A program made the position numbers and the translations under genes. Positions 33,118-43,080 of a DNA stretch of 64,000 nucleotides are shown in pieces; position 1 is the first letter of the stretch, and every line of letters starts with the position of its first letter. A model generated the notes under the pieces. It saw nothing but the letters and a program-made list of their open reading frames with translations, did no database searches and was not told the origin of the DNA. The stretch comes from an uncultured bacterium. Lineage in GTDB: Bacteria > Chloroflexota > UBA5177 > JANWHV01. The stretch covers positions 1,024,001 to 1,088,000 of the forward strand of contig CAWHAE010000016.1 of NCBI GenBank assembly GCA_963827235.1, in the 5' to 3' direction.

Positions 33118-33265
33118 CTGCGTGAGCGGCCTCTCGCGCTGCGCGGACTGCACCCGGTGCCACACGAGCGCTGGCACACCGATCCACTCTCGCGGGCCGG
33201 CAGGTACATACTACGTGTACAGTTGTACAGGCCGGCGAGCGAGAGTGGACGGGAGTAGCGCGGCC

Positions 33266-33943
33266 ATGGCGCGCATTCTGGTGGTGGAAGACGAGCCCAC
33301 GGTCAGTGACGTGGTCGAGCGCTATCTGCGTCGCGCGGGCCACCACGTCCTCGCCGCCAGCGATGGCAATGACGGCCTGCGCATGGCGCTGACGGAGCAT
33401 CCGGAGCTGATCGTGCTCGACCTGATGCTTCCGGGCCTGGATGGGCTCGAAGTGTGCCGCCGTGTGCGCGCCGTGCGCCAGACACCGGTGATCATGCTCA
33501 CCGCCAGGGCCGAGGACGGCGACGTCGTTCTTGGCCTCGGGCTTGGTGCCGACGACTATGTGCGCAAGCCCTTCAGCCCGCTCGAGCTGGTGGCGAGGGT
33601 GGAGGCCGTGCTGCGCCGCGGCCGGTCTGGAATGAGCGACACGAGCATTGCCTTTGGTGACCTGCGTATTGTTGCGGCTTCGCGCACAGTACGGCGAGGT
33701 CAGGAGACGATCGCGCTGACCGCAACCGAGTTTGACCTGCTCTTGCACCTCTCCAAGCACCCCGGTCAGGTCTTTTCCCGCGAGCAGCTCCTCACGAGCG
33801 TCTGGGGCTACGACTATGCAGGCGATACTAGTACGGTCACCGTGCACATGCGCCGCCTGCGGGAGAAGCTGGAGCGGGATCCAAGCACACCGCGCTGGCT
33901 GAAGACGGTCTGGGGAGTCGGCTACAAGTTCGAAGGCGGGTAG
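33266..33943 (+). CDS. OmpR/PhoB family response regulator
   Basis: ILVVEDE, LIVLDLMLP, IMLTA, GADDYVRKPF, LTATEFDLL, TVWGVGY. Confidence 0.96.
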   Translation: MARILVVEDEPTVSDVVERYLRRAGHHVLAASDGNDGLRMALTEHPELIVLDLMLPGLDGLEVCRRVRAVRQTPVIMLTARAEDGDVVLGLGLGADDYVRKPFSPLELVARVEAVLRRGRSGMSDTSIAFGDLRIVAASRTVRRGQETIALTATEFDLLLHLSKHPGQVFSREQLLTSVWGYDYAGDTSTVTVHMRRLREKLERDPSTPRWLKTVWGVGYKFEGG

Positions 33944-33977
33944 GTGGGGTCTGCAACCAGGAGAGGGAGCATCGCAG

Positions 33978-35438
33978 ATGGTGACGCAGGCGTCCAAGCA
34001 GCCAATGCGCTGGAACGACGTCAAGGGTGTAGGGCCACTGGTCGCGGGCACGCTGATCGCTGGTGCCGGCGTGGCCCTGGCTGCGTTCGTTGGGCGCTTC
34101 TGGCTCGGTTTGCCTACCGGTCACGTCAAGGACCTCGGTCGTCTGTTACTCCTCTCTGGCGGTGCCTCCCTGCTCGTCACGCTCGTCGCAGCCTGGTTGT
34201 TGCTCGGTCATACCGAGTGGCGGTTAGCTCCCAAGCTCAGTCTTGCCTGCGCGATCGGGCCCATTGTGGCCGGCATCAACACGTACTACACCGCGGACTC
34301 CATGCTTATCAAGCAGAGCGATCTCGGTCTGCTGATCCTGCTGCTGGTGTTCTCGTCCGGCGTGGGCATCGCCTTCGCCCTGGCGTTGGCACGTATGCTC
34401 ACCGCGCGCCTGGGTCTGCTTGCGCGTGCGGCAGCAGGCATCGGCCACGGCGTAGGCACAATCGCTGCGCCAGAGGGGGAGGATGAGGTCGGAGTCCTGG
34501 GAAGAACACTCAACGACCTGGAAGCGCGGCTGGAGGAGAGCGATTCCCGACGGAAGGCTATGGAGGAAGCGCGCCGCATGCTGCTGGCCGCCGTTTCGCA
34601 CGACCTGCGCACCCCGCTCACGTCGCTGCGCGCCGTGGTCGAGGCATTGGACGACGGCGTGGTCGAGGACCGTTCGACTGTCACCCGCTACCTTGCGAGC
34701 GCTCGCCAGCAGGTTCGGCAGCTTGAGACCCTTATCGATGATCTCTTCGAGCTATCCCGACTGGACGCGGGCGCGCTACACCTGGACCGCAGGGCCATGC
34801 ACGTGTCCGGCCTGGTGGACGAGGCCATGGAGAGTGTCCGGGTCCAGGCCGACGCCGCCTCTATTCGGCTGGAGACCCGGCTCGATGCCGAGCTGCCGCT
34901 GGTGTTCGTGGACGGCGAGCGCATCGGGCGTGTGCTGCTCAACCTGCTGAGCAACGCGCTCCGCTATACGCCCGAAGGCGGCACTATCGCGCTGCTCGCG
35001 CAGCACCGGGACGGCGGTATGCAGGTCAGCGTGCAGGACTCCGGCGCCGGTATCGCGCCCGACGATCTGCCCCATATCTTCGAAAGCTTCTACCGCGGCG
35101 AGAAGTCGCGCTCTCGCCTGCACGGTGGTGCCGGGTTGGGTTTAGCCATCGCGCGCGGCCTGGTAGAGGCGCATGGCGGCCATATGTGGGCGGAGAGCGC
35201 GCCCGGCAGCGGAACGTCCGTCCATTTCACACTCCCGGCATCCGCGTCGATGGGCCCAGGGCTCCGCGCGACAAGCCCTGTCGCAGCCTCAAGCAGGCCG
35301 GCACCAGATTCCAGCCCAAGCATAAACGGTCATTGCACACTGAGGTCGGCTAGCAGGGAGAACGACGGCCGGGATGCCGGCAAGTACACGCGGGTGAGCG
35401 CTTCCGTCTGGGAAGGAGCGCCGCGCTGTAAGGCCTGA
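33978..35438 (+). CDS. Membrane sensor histidine kinase (HAMP, HisKA, HATPase_c)
   Basis: TM segments, DEVG, SHDLRTPL, NLLSNALRY, DSGAGI, GAGLGLAI. Confidence 0.95.
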   Translation: MVTQASKQPMRWNDVKGVGPLVAGTLIAGAGVALAAFVGRFWLGLPTGHVKDLGRLLLLSGGASLLVTLVAAWLLLGHTEWRLAPKLSLACAIGPIVAGINTYYTADSMLIKQSDLGLLILLLVFSSGVGIAFALALARMLTARLGLLARAAAGIGHGVGTIAAPEGEDEVGVLGRTLNDLEARLEESDSRRKAMEEARRMLLAAVSHDLRTPLTSLRAVVEALDDGVVEDRSTVTRYLASARQQVRQLETLIDDLFELSRLDAGALHLDRRAMHVSGLVDEAMESVRVQADAASIRLETRLDAELPLVFVDGERIGRVLLNLLSNALRYTPEGGTIALLAQHRDGGMQVSVQDSGAGIAPDDLPHIFESFYRGEKSRSRLHGGAGLGLAIARGLVEAHGGHMWAESAPGSGTSVHFTLPASASMGPGLRATSPVAASSRPAPDSSPSINGHCTLRSASRENDGRDAGKYTRVSASVWEGAPRCKA

Positions 35439-35804
35439 TGCTTGAGCGAACCGTCTGCCGATCATGGAGCCGGCATTATCAGGTGGCGCGCTGAGCGCGC
35501 TCCCCGGAGCGTGAGTCGTCGCGTTCCGGCTATTTCGGCCCGGGCGACGACGGCATGGCGGCCTGGCGTTCAGCGGTCGAGGGGTTCCAGATCCGACCGC
35601 TTCAGCCGACAACAACCCTCGCCGTTGGCCGAGCTCGCTACTGGATACGCTCTATGGACCGCTGCAGGTCACTCTTGACCGGGCGTGGAGGTCTGCCGCC
35701 GGGACCGACAATAGAACGCTCCAAACCGTTAGGCGTGCAAACGGTACGCTTGCCAAAGACGAGTCGTGCGGTTCAGGCGCCCGGACGCTACAGGAGCAAA
35801 CACC

Positions 35805-36125
35805 ATGTCGAGTCAGTTCGAGCCCAGGGGACAGGTTCACATTGCCGTAGCGACCTACATAGTGAAGGACGGGAATGAGGCGACGGTCGAGGAGGCGTTG
35901 CGCGCCATGATCCCGCCCACGCGCCGCGAGCCCGGCTGCCTCGCCTATACCGTGCAGCGCTCCCAGGAGGCACCGCGGAAACTGCTGCTGTATGAGGTGT
36001 ACGTCGACGAGGCGGCAGTGGAAGCGCATCGTGCCTCGCTGCACTTCCAGCAGTACGTGCTGGGCATCGTGCGCCCGCTGGTGGAGAACCGCGTTGTCGA
36101 GGTGTATCGCTCTATCGAAGAGTGA
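35805..36125 (+). CDS. ABM-family putative quinol monooxygenase
   Basis: AGGAG RBS; TRREPGCLAY...YEVY.DEAAVEAHRAS.HF. Confidence 0.88.
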   Translation: MSSQFEPRGQVHIAVATYIVKDGNEATVEEALRAMIPPTRREPGCLAYTVQRSQEAPRKLLLYEVYVDEAAVEAHRASLHFQQYVLGIVRPLVENRVVEVYRSIEE

Positions 36126-36671
36126 CGCAGAGTGACCACCCGCCGGGATCCGCCTCGGGCGAAGGCGAGCCACAGCGCGCGCGGCCGGCCCCGCACACAG
36201 TCTGAAGAATCCGCTCGACGACGACAAACGCGACAGGCGCGCTCGTGTCCACCTCCAGCGAGGCGGTCCGCCTGAGCAGCGGCTCCAGGCTCCGCACGTG
36301 CGCGAGAATCCGCGCCAGCTCCTCTGGCTCCTTGCCATGCGGGTTCGTGCTGCGGCTGGCGAGACGCTCAAGCAGGGCCGGCACCGGTACGCTGAGCAGG
36401 ATCACGTGGTCGAACTGGGCGTAGAACTGGCCTAGATTCGTCCTGCACCCGCTGACAACGGGCACGTCGATGTCTTCGGTCGCCGGCAGAGCGTGTATGC
36501 GGTCTTCTCGCCACACCCAGAGGGGCTCCCCAGCGGCGTCCCGCACTCACTCGCACCACCTTTCGGCATTGGTGTCGACCGCCTTGTAGCCGCGAGCGGC
36601 GAGCGCGCCAATCAGCGTCGACTTGCCAGTGCCTGACATCCCGGTGAGTAAGGCTGGCGGGCAGTAGTCAT
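36112..36671 (-). pseudogene. P-loop (shikimate/adenylate kinase-like) ATPase, disrupted
   Basis: LLTGMSGTGKST; in-frame TGA 36547-36549; WREDRI, FDHVILLS, LERLASR.TNP.GK. Confidence 0.75.
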
Positions 36672-36836
36672 TCGCACACTTGTTGCGGCCACGCAAGGAG
36701 AGATCGTCCCGGCCAACACACGTGGGCCGGACGGTTCTCGATCCTGCTGTCGTCATGGTGCCTCGCGGCGAGATCCGGCGGCAAGGCGTGCAGATCGATC
36801 ACCGTGGCCGTAGGTCTGCGAGAACACGACTCCCGT

Positions 36837-38906
36837 CTACAATGAAGCCGACAGCACCGCCGTACCGCTGATGAAGCGTACTAGGCCAGCCGGCACGTCG
36901 ATGACGTGCCGGCCCGGCGGCATGGTGCACTGCGTCTCATCAAGATCAGAGAGCGTGCCGCCCGCGTTGCCAATCGCCACGCCAAGTCTGGCCGCTCGCC
37001 GCGGCGACCATACCGTCACGACCGGCGCCTGGCCAGCCACGCCGTCAAATTGCAGCGCGGAGATCCCGTCTGGTGCAGAGAGAGTGCGGGCGAAGCGGCG
37101 GTTGCCCACGAGGCTGGCCAGCACCGTGAGCGCACGGTAGGCGGCTTTGGCACTGAAGTCGCGCCGCAGCAGCCCAAAGTTGGATTCTCGATCGTCCAGG
37201 GCCGGACCGTCATTTCGTGCATCGTACCAGAAGAATCGCTCGATACCGGCAGCTTGGCCGAGCAGGTAGGCGCGCACGAGCAAGCGTGCTTGCTGCACGT
37301 CGTCGATCACCGGATTGATTCCGTCGCTTGCCCAGCCTTGCTCGGTAATCCATATCCGTGGCGGCCGACCGGCGGTGCGCAGCAGACCCTGGAGCCGCCG
37401 CACAGTGTCCGCCAGGCCGGACTGCTCCGGCGACTTGCGACCCTCGTATGGATGAAACGAGAAGACGTCGAATACCGGCCGCCGGAACTGCAGGAAGCGC
37501 TCAATCCAGGCGAGGTCGACGAACGACGCTGGATTGCTCAGATCGCCAGGTCCGACCGTGCAGGGCGCCACGACGGTTACCGTGGGATCTATCTCCTTCA
37601 GCACGGTGTAGGTAGCGGAGAGCAATTCGACATACTGCTCCACCGTCCCGCGCCAAGAGGCAGGAAGATTCGGCTCGTTCCATATCTCCCAGGCAGCAAC
37701 GCGTCCCCGGTACCGGCGGGCAAACGTGCCGAGGAACGACGTGAATTCGCGTACGCCTTGTGTCGTATAGGGATGCGTCCAATCGGGCCACGTCGTTGGC
37801 ACGCCCAAGATGTTCAGCCCAGCTGAGATGGCCGCATCGATGGCCTGATCGTGCCGTCGCACACTGACACGACTGCAAAGCGCGCAGATCTGCTGCCAGT
37901 TGAAGTCCTCACGGATCCAACGCACACCGCAGCCGGCAAGGCTGGAAGCCAAGCGAGTCATATCGCGTGGGAGTACCCTGGTGGTCAGTCCAGCGTGGAC
38001 TCCCAGACTGTCAGGCCGAAGAGCAGGTGCCGGCAACGTGTCGCGCACAACGCTGACGTGCGTTGCAGCAACTGAGGCGAGTCCCGTGGCCTACGCCGAA
38101 AGCTGCACGATGGGTGGCAGATCGGTAGCGAGCAGGGCTACCTGCTGCAACTGACTGGCTGCCGGCACGCGCAGCCGAGTGCCGCGGCGATCAAGGATGC
38201 TGCCGTCGAGGCCCACCAGGCTCCACCCCAGCGCGAGGGTGCTGGGGACCGGCAGCAGGTTCTCCACACCGAGGGTGAGCTTGTCCGGCCGCAGTGCCGC
38301 GAGGCTCAGACGCAGCCCGTCGGCCGCCTGCAGTCTCGCGTGAACGCGTAAGCTTTGCAAGCGCACCCAGCCGGTGGGGCGACCGGGGCCGACCGCCATC
38401 GCAATTGACGTGACGGCTAGCGGCGCTCGTGCAACACGGTCTGTCCTCGCACCAAACACGTTCCAGGAAGGGCCGCCGATGTCGCGGAGCGATCGCTCTG
38501 CGCGGAGCACACCGCGGTGGTCGAGTGCTGCGATCGTGGTTTCGAAATACTGTCCGCCGCTATCCCGCAGGCGGATACTCAGGTGCTGGCCGCCACCGTC
38601 ACTATCCAGAAGAAGGACGATGGCATCGGGACTGCCGCGAAGAGTTTCCAGTCTGTTCTCGATGGCCAGGGCCTGCGCGCCCCGACGAAAGTCATAGGTC
38701 AGGGTGCCATCGCGCCAATCGGTGCCGCCTGCTACGTCGTCGTCGATCGACAGCAACCACCCTTCCGTCTCGTCAAAGCTGGCTATCCGATATTCAACGT
38801 CGTATGACAAAGTTGGCTGGACGGAAGGTAGCCGCAGCGCCATTGGAAGCGCCAGCCCTGCCAGAAGAAGGTCCCGTCGAGCCAAGAACGGCACGCGCCC
38901 GACCAT
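36837..38906 (-). pseudogene. Exported clan GH-A (GH39/GH5-like) glycoside hydrolase split by one in-frame TAG
   Basis: Tat-like ARRDLLLAG; TAG 38091-38093 with frame conserved on both sides; WIREDFNW, WEIWNEPN, FDVFSFHPY, IWITEQG, FGLL. Confidence 0.78.
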
Positions 38907-39266
38907 CAGCCGGGGCCCACCAGTGTGTCTACCACACCCATACGATCTAGCGTACGTCGCGCGGTTGTACGCGACCAGTGGCAGTGATCTGTGGATCCGT
39001 GTAATAAGCTGGCGGCAGTCAGGGCCCTGACCGTGACCGCAGGTCAGCACAGGCGGACGAATACCGTTGCCTCGTGCTGAGCGGCCAGACGCCAGCGCAA
39101 GAAGAGACACGCCAGCAATGCCAAGCGCGACCTCAGACGTCGGGCGCCCGTCGGCGCGTGTCGGTGCAGCAGCGCTCAAGCGCGCGGGATACTGGAGCCT
39201 GGTCGTACTGGCGTTCCTTCTGAGCTACCTGCTGCATGCCTGCACCGGCGCGCAGCGCCATGCCGG

Positions 39267-39287
39267 TGTAACCTCCGGTCGTATGTA
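39267..39287 (+). promoter_or_regulatory. Locus motif copy 1 (TGTAACC-N6-CGTATGTA)
   Basis: TGTAACC TCCGGT CGTATGTA, about 10 nt before the AAGGAGGAG RBS. Confidence 0.65.
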
Positions 39288-39311
39288 GTAGTGGTGCAAG
39301 GAGGAGCTATC

Positions 39312-39425
39312 GTGGAAGGCCAGTTTAGATTGTACGTCCTGCGCTACTGTCGCCGGAGCATCGATGGCAGCGGGCGAGACTGGCGCCCGGCCACACATCG
39401 ACTCGCCGGCTATAGCGGTGTGTAG
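39312..39425 (+). CDS. 37-aa ORF (or 5' part of a frameshifted gene extending to about 39600)
   Basis: AAGGAGGAG RBS, GTG start: MEGQFRLYVLRYCRRSIDGSGRDWRPATHRLAGYSGV*. Confidence 0.4.
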   Translation: MEGQFRLYVLRYCRRSIDGSGRDWRPATHRLAGYSGV

Positions 39426-39612
39426 GCGAATCATCGCTGTCGATGGTGATCTGGCAGTCACACGCCGAAGCCAGGCCAAGTTCGCTACCACGCAACTACT
39501 CCTCGACACAGTGTATGGCATGCTGTGCGCGCTGAAGGCGAAGTACCGCGGCCGGCAGTCGCGGCAGGTTCGGTGCAAAATCGCCGCAGCACAGGGATGA
39601 GGAGGCGGGCCC

Positions 39613-41124
39613 GTGAGTGACGTGCTCCTTGGACAATCATACTTTCTTCGCTTCGATGCCAAGCTGTGGGAAGCGATGCAGCCCTACCCACCACTCGGCT
39701 CACTCTACGCCGCGAGCTACCTGCGGAGCCTTGGCTACGAGATCGCCTTCTTCGACGCGATGCTGGCAGAATCGGAGGCCCCGTGGGGTCGGGCGCTCGA
39801 CCGCGTGAAACCGCGCTTCGCAGTGCTCTATGAGGACAACTTCAACTACCTATCCAAGATGTGTCTCTTGCGCATGCGCGAAGCCGCATTTCGGATGATT
39901 GAGACGGCCGGTGCGCGGGGAGCCACGGTCATCGTGGCCGGGTCGGATGCCAGTGACCACGCCGAGACGTACCTGGCGAAGGGTGCCCACTTTGTCGTTC
40001 GCGGTGAAGGCGAGCAGACGCTCGGAGAGCTGTTGCACTCTCTCACCGGCAGAACTGACGCACCGCTCGAGTCGATCCGCGGTCTCACGTACCCCGCGGG
40101 GTCGGATACCGATCGCTTTGTGCACACGCCCCCGCGCCCGGACATGAGTGAACTGGATGCCCTGCCGTTTCCGGCCTGGAATTTGGTCGACATGGCACGC
40201 TACCGGGAGATCTGGTTGAAGCGCCACGGCTTCTATTCAATGAACATGGTCACGACCCGCGGTTGCCCGTACCACTGTAACTGGTGCGCGAAGCCGATCT
40301 GGGGGCAGCGGTACAACAGCCGCAGCCCGGAAAACGTGGTGGAGGAGCTCCGCTGGCTGAAGACAACCTATGGTCCGGACCACATCGCGTTTGTCGATGA
40401 CATCATGGGGCTCACGCCCCGCTGGATTGATCGCTTTGCCGACTTGGTGGCGGAACATGACGCGCGGGTGCCATTCAAGAGCTTGCACCGCGCCGACCTC
40501 CTCTTGCGCGGCAACACCATCGCGGCGCTGCAGCGCGCGGGGGCCAAGACGGTCTGGCTTGGTGCCGAGTCGGGCTCTCAAAAGATCCTGGATGCGATGG
40601 ACAAAGGCACGACTGTCGCGCAGATCGCTACGGCGGCCCAACGGCTGCACGAGGCTGGTATCGAGGTCGGCTTCTTCCTCCAATTCGGCTACCCTGGGGA
40701 GACCCGGGCGGACATCGACAAGACGTTACGGATGGTCCGTGACTGCAAGCCGAACGACATCGGCATGTCGGTGTCCTATCCACTCCCGGGCACCAAGTTC
40801 TACGAGACGGTCAAGCAGGAGCTAGGAGTCAAACAGCACTGGGTGGATTCCAACGATCTGGACATGCTGTACCACGGACCGTACACTACAGACTTCTATC
40901 GACAGCTCCACGTCGTGCTGCACAAGGAGTTCCGGCTACGGCGCGGCTGGGATGACGTGTGCCGGGCGGTTCGTCAGCCTACGAAGTTAAGGAGGCGCCA
41001 TCTTCGCCGCCTCGCCGCCGCCGCCTATTATTCGGCAACGTTGCCACTGGCGCGCCGGAAGCTCAATCGCCTTGCTCGCCTCCCACACGAATCCCTGATA
41101 CCGCTGGTTCCAGGAGCGCGGTGA
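39613..41124 (+). CDS. B12-binding domain radical SAM protein
   Basis: GAGGAGG RBS; PYPPLGSLYAASYLR, GEGE, TRGCPYHCNWC (CX3CX2C), GAESGSQKILD. Confidence 0.94.
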   Translation: MSDVLLGQSYFLRFDAKLWEAMQPYPPLGSLYAASYLRSLGYEIAFFDAMLAESEAPWGRALDRVKPRFAVLYEDNFNYLSKMCLLRMREAAFRMIETAGARGATVIVAGSDASDHAETYLAKGAHFVVRGEGEQTLGELLHSLTGRTDAPLESIRGLTYPAGSDTDRFVHTPPRPDMSELDALPFPAWNLVDMARYREIWLKRHGFYSMNMVTTRGCPYHCNWCAKPIWGQRYNSRSPENVVEELRWLKTTYGPDHIAFVDDIMGLTPRWIDRFADLVAEHDARVPFKSLHRADLLLRGNTIAALQRAGAKTVWLGAESGSQKILDAMDKGTTVAQIATAAQRLHEAGIEVGFFLQFGYPGETRADIDKTLRMVRDCKPNDIGMSVSYPLPGTKFYETVKQELGVKQHWVDSNDLDMLYHGPYTTDFYRQLHVVLHKEFRLRRGWDDVCRAVRQPTKLRRRHLRRLAAAAYYSATLPLARRKLNRLARLPHESLIPLVPGAR

Positions 41125-41460
41125 GAGAGCACGATCGCGCCATACAAAACACCGCCGAACACCTGGGGAGCAGCATCTGCTCCAGTGGAGGGCAAGGGCA
41201 GGGCCTCACGCCCGCTCGACCAAGAGCCAGCCGCGGGCCATCCTCGCAGATGGAACAGTCTCAATGCCGGCCTGAATCCGGGTTTGGACGGCTGAACCAG
41301 CGGCGAGCAAGACGCTTTGGTCGCGGTTGGCGCGGCGGCTGGTTCCCCACGCGCGTCAAATCATGAATCCACCAATGTATTCAGAGCGTAAAGGATTTCT
41401 GAGCGGGTCTCTGTCGGCTTCCGCAGTTGAGCTGGCAGGCGAGAGTGAGGAGTGGTCGGC

Positions 41461-41667
41461 ATGGTAGCGTGGATTCGACTCATCGGCGGTCTTCTGTTGG
41501 TCTTCGTCGGTGCGGTGTGGATAGGCCAGGGCGTCGGACTGATCAAGGGCTCCGGCATGTCGGGTCATGGCCAGTATGCAGTTGCCGGAATTGTCGTTGC
41601 ACTTTGTGGACTCTGGCTGCTCTGGAGTCCCGTGCTGGCACGGACCCGTGCAATGCGTGCGCACTAG
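41461..41667 (+). CDS. Small two-TM membrane protein
   Basis: GAGGAG RBS; GAVWIGQGVGLIKGSGMSG between two hydrophobic helices. Confidence 0.7.
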   Translation: MVAWIRLIGGLLLVFVGAVWIGQGVGLIKGSGMSGHGQYAVAGIVVALCGLWLLWSPVLARTRAMRAH

Positions 41668-41884
41668 CCCGCTATCACCTGATCCGCCGATCCCGAGCCT
41701 GGAACAAAGGGTGGTCTGCCGACCGGGTCGCGAGCGGTCAGCCAGGGTGTCTGAGCATCGCGCATCGACCTGAAGCGCAGCGTACGGCTACCGCTAACGG
41801 TACGGACCGAGGTGTGCCGCGGTCCAGGCGGTCAAGTCGCTCCTGAAAGGCGTTCATCACCCGCGCGCTATGCCCGTCGACGTG

Positions 41885-43075
41885 TCACCGGCGGTCGGAT
41901 TGAACACCTCGAGTTTGGTTGCCGGCGGCCAGCCCCTCATATGTCCGAAGGAAACGACGTGCCACGACCGGAAGCGACAAGTGCGCGACCACCTCCTGAC
42001 GCCTTCGCCGAGCGTGGTCGCCGTACAGGGGCTCCCACCGAAGTCGCCTCTCCAGCGCGTCGGCCAGCACGTCGGGCGAGCGTGAGGTCACGCATATGCC
42101 GACCGTGCGGTCGCTCAGTAGCTCACGGGCAATGCCGACCGGCGTGGACACGACAGGCACGCCGCAGGCAAGGGCCTCGACCACCGCCAGACATTGCGCC
42201 TCATGCCATGAGGCGATCGCCGCGACGTGGGCAGAGCCCAGGAGCTTCGCCACCTCTGCTTGCGATCGCACACCCACCAGATCGACGTGGCATTGCAGAC
42301 CACGCCGTGCTACGGCCGCGCGGGCTTCCGGTCCATCGGTGCGCTCACCCACCAGCTGCAGATCCGCGGAGACACCGCGCCGTACGAGCACACGCAAGCT
42401 ATCCAGAAGCAGGTCGTGCCCTTTCACCGGGGACCACGCAGCGACGCACACTATGCGTCCGCGATTACGCTCCGCGGGCTCGTCTTTCGCCGGAAATATC
42501 TGGGGGTCGTACCCGAGCGGTAGCATCTCGATGCGCTCGGTAAGCCAGGGATAACGAAAGAGCAGGCGCTCACGCAGATCCATGGATCCGACGCCGATGG
42601 TGGAGGAAGCGTGCAGGCTCAACGCAACTTGCATCTTTTCCAGGATGCGAAGACGACTGCCGTATCCGGCAGGGCGGGCCGCGGCAAGCTCGCCGCCGCA
42701 GCAACTCAACAGCACCGGCAGGCGCAACATCCGTCCTGCGGCAACGGCAAGCATGCCCGACTCGGTAGCCCAGAATCCGTGAATTACGGCGAACGGCGTT
42801 GCGCTGTGCACGGAGGTAATCGTCGCCAGCACACGGGCCCACCGGCGCGCACTTGCTACTCGATGCGAGACACCGGAATGCGACGAGAGTGCTTCTCCAA
42901 AGCTCTGTACCCGGGTGCCGCAGCTGCGGTAGCGCGCCGACCGGAGCGGATAGCGCACGGCGAAGACATGCAGATCGTGCTCACTGCCAATCGCACGGGC
43001 CAGACTGTTGAGCGCGGGGATGCCGGGCTCGCCGTCGCCACCCTGGAAGCCGGGAACGACCCAGGCGACACGCAT
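41885..43075 (-). CDS. Glycosyltransferase family 4
   Basis: MRVAWVVPG, IHGFW, VKGHDLLL, SWHEAQCLAVVEALACGVPVVST. Confidence 0.9.
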   Translation of the reverse strand: MRVAWVVPGFQGGDGEPGIPALNSLARAIGSEHDLHVFAVRYPLRSARYRSCGTRVQSFGEALSSHSGVSHRVASARRWARVLATITSVHSATPFAVIHGFWATESGMLAVAAGRMLRLPVLLSCCGGELAAARPAGYGSRLRILEKMQVALSLHASSTIGVGSMDLRERLLFRYPWLTERIEMLPLGYDPQIFPAKDEPAERNRGRIVCVAAWSPVKGHDLLLDSLRVLVRRGVSADLQLVGERTDGPEARAAVARRGLQCHVDLVGVRSQAEVAKLLGSAHVAAIASWHEAQCLAVVEALACGVPVVSTPVGIARELLSDRTVGICVTSRSPDVLADALERRLRWEPLYGDHARRRRQEVVAHLSLPVVARRFLRTYEGLAAGNQTRGVQSDRR

Positions 43076-43080
43076 CGATC

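Noticed and set aside
38949-38969. Possible seventh motif copy (minus strand TACAACC-N6-CGTACGCT) upstream of the GH39-like gene
   Set aside because: Well placed but has several mismatches plus a longer spacer; not counted.
41268-41400. CCTGAATCC...GCTGAACC reminiscent of a c-di-AMP (ydaO) riboswitch
   Set aside because: The downstream GGGGTGAA and CAGCTAAC-type elements are absent.
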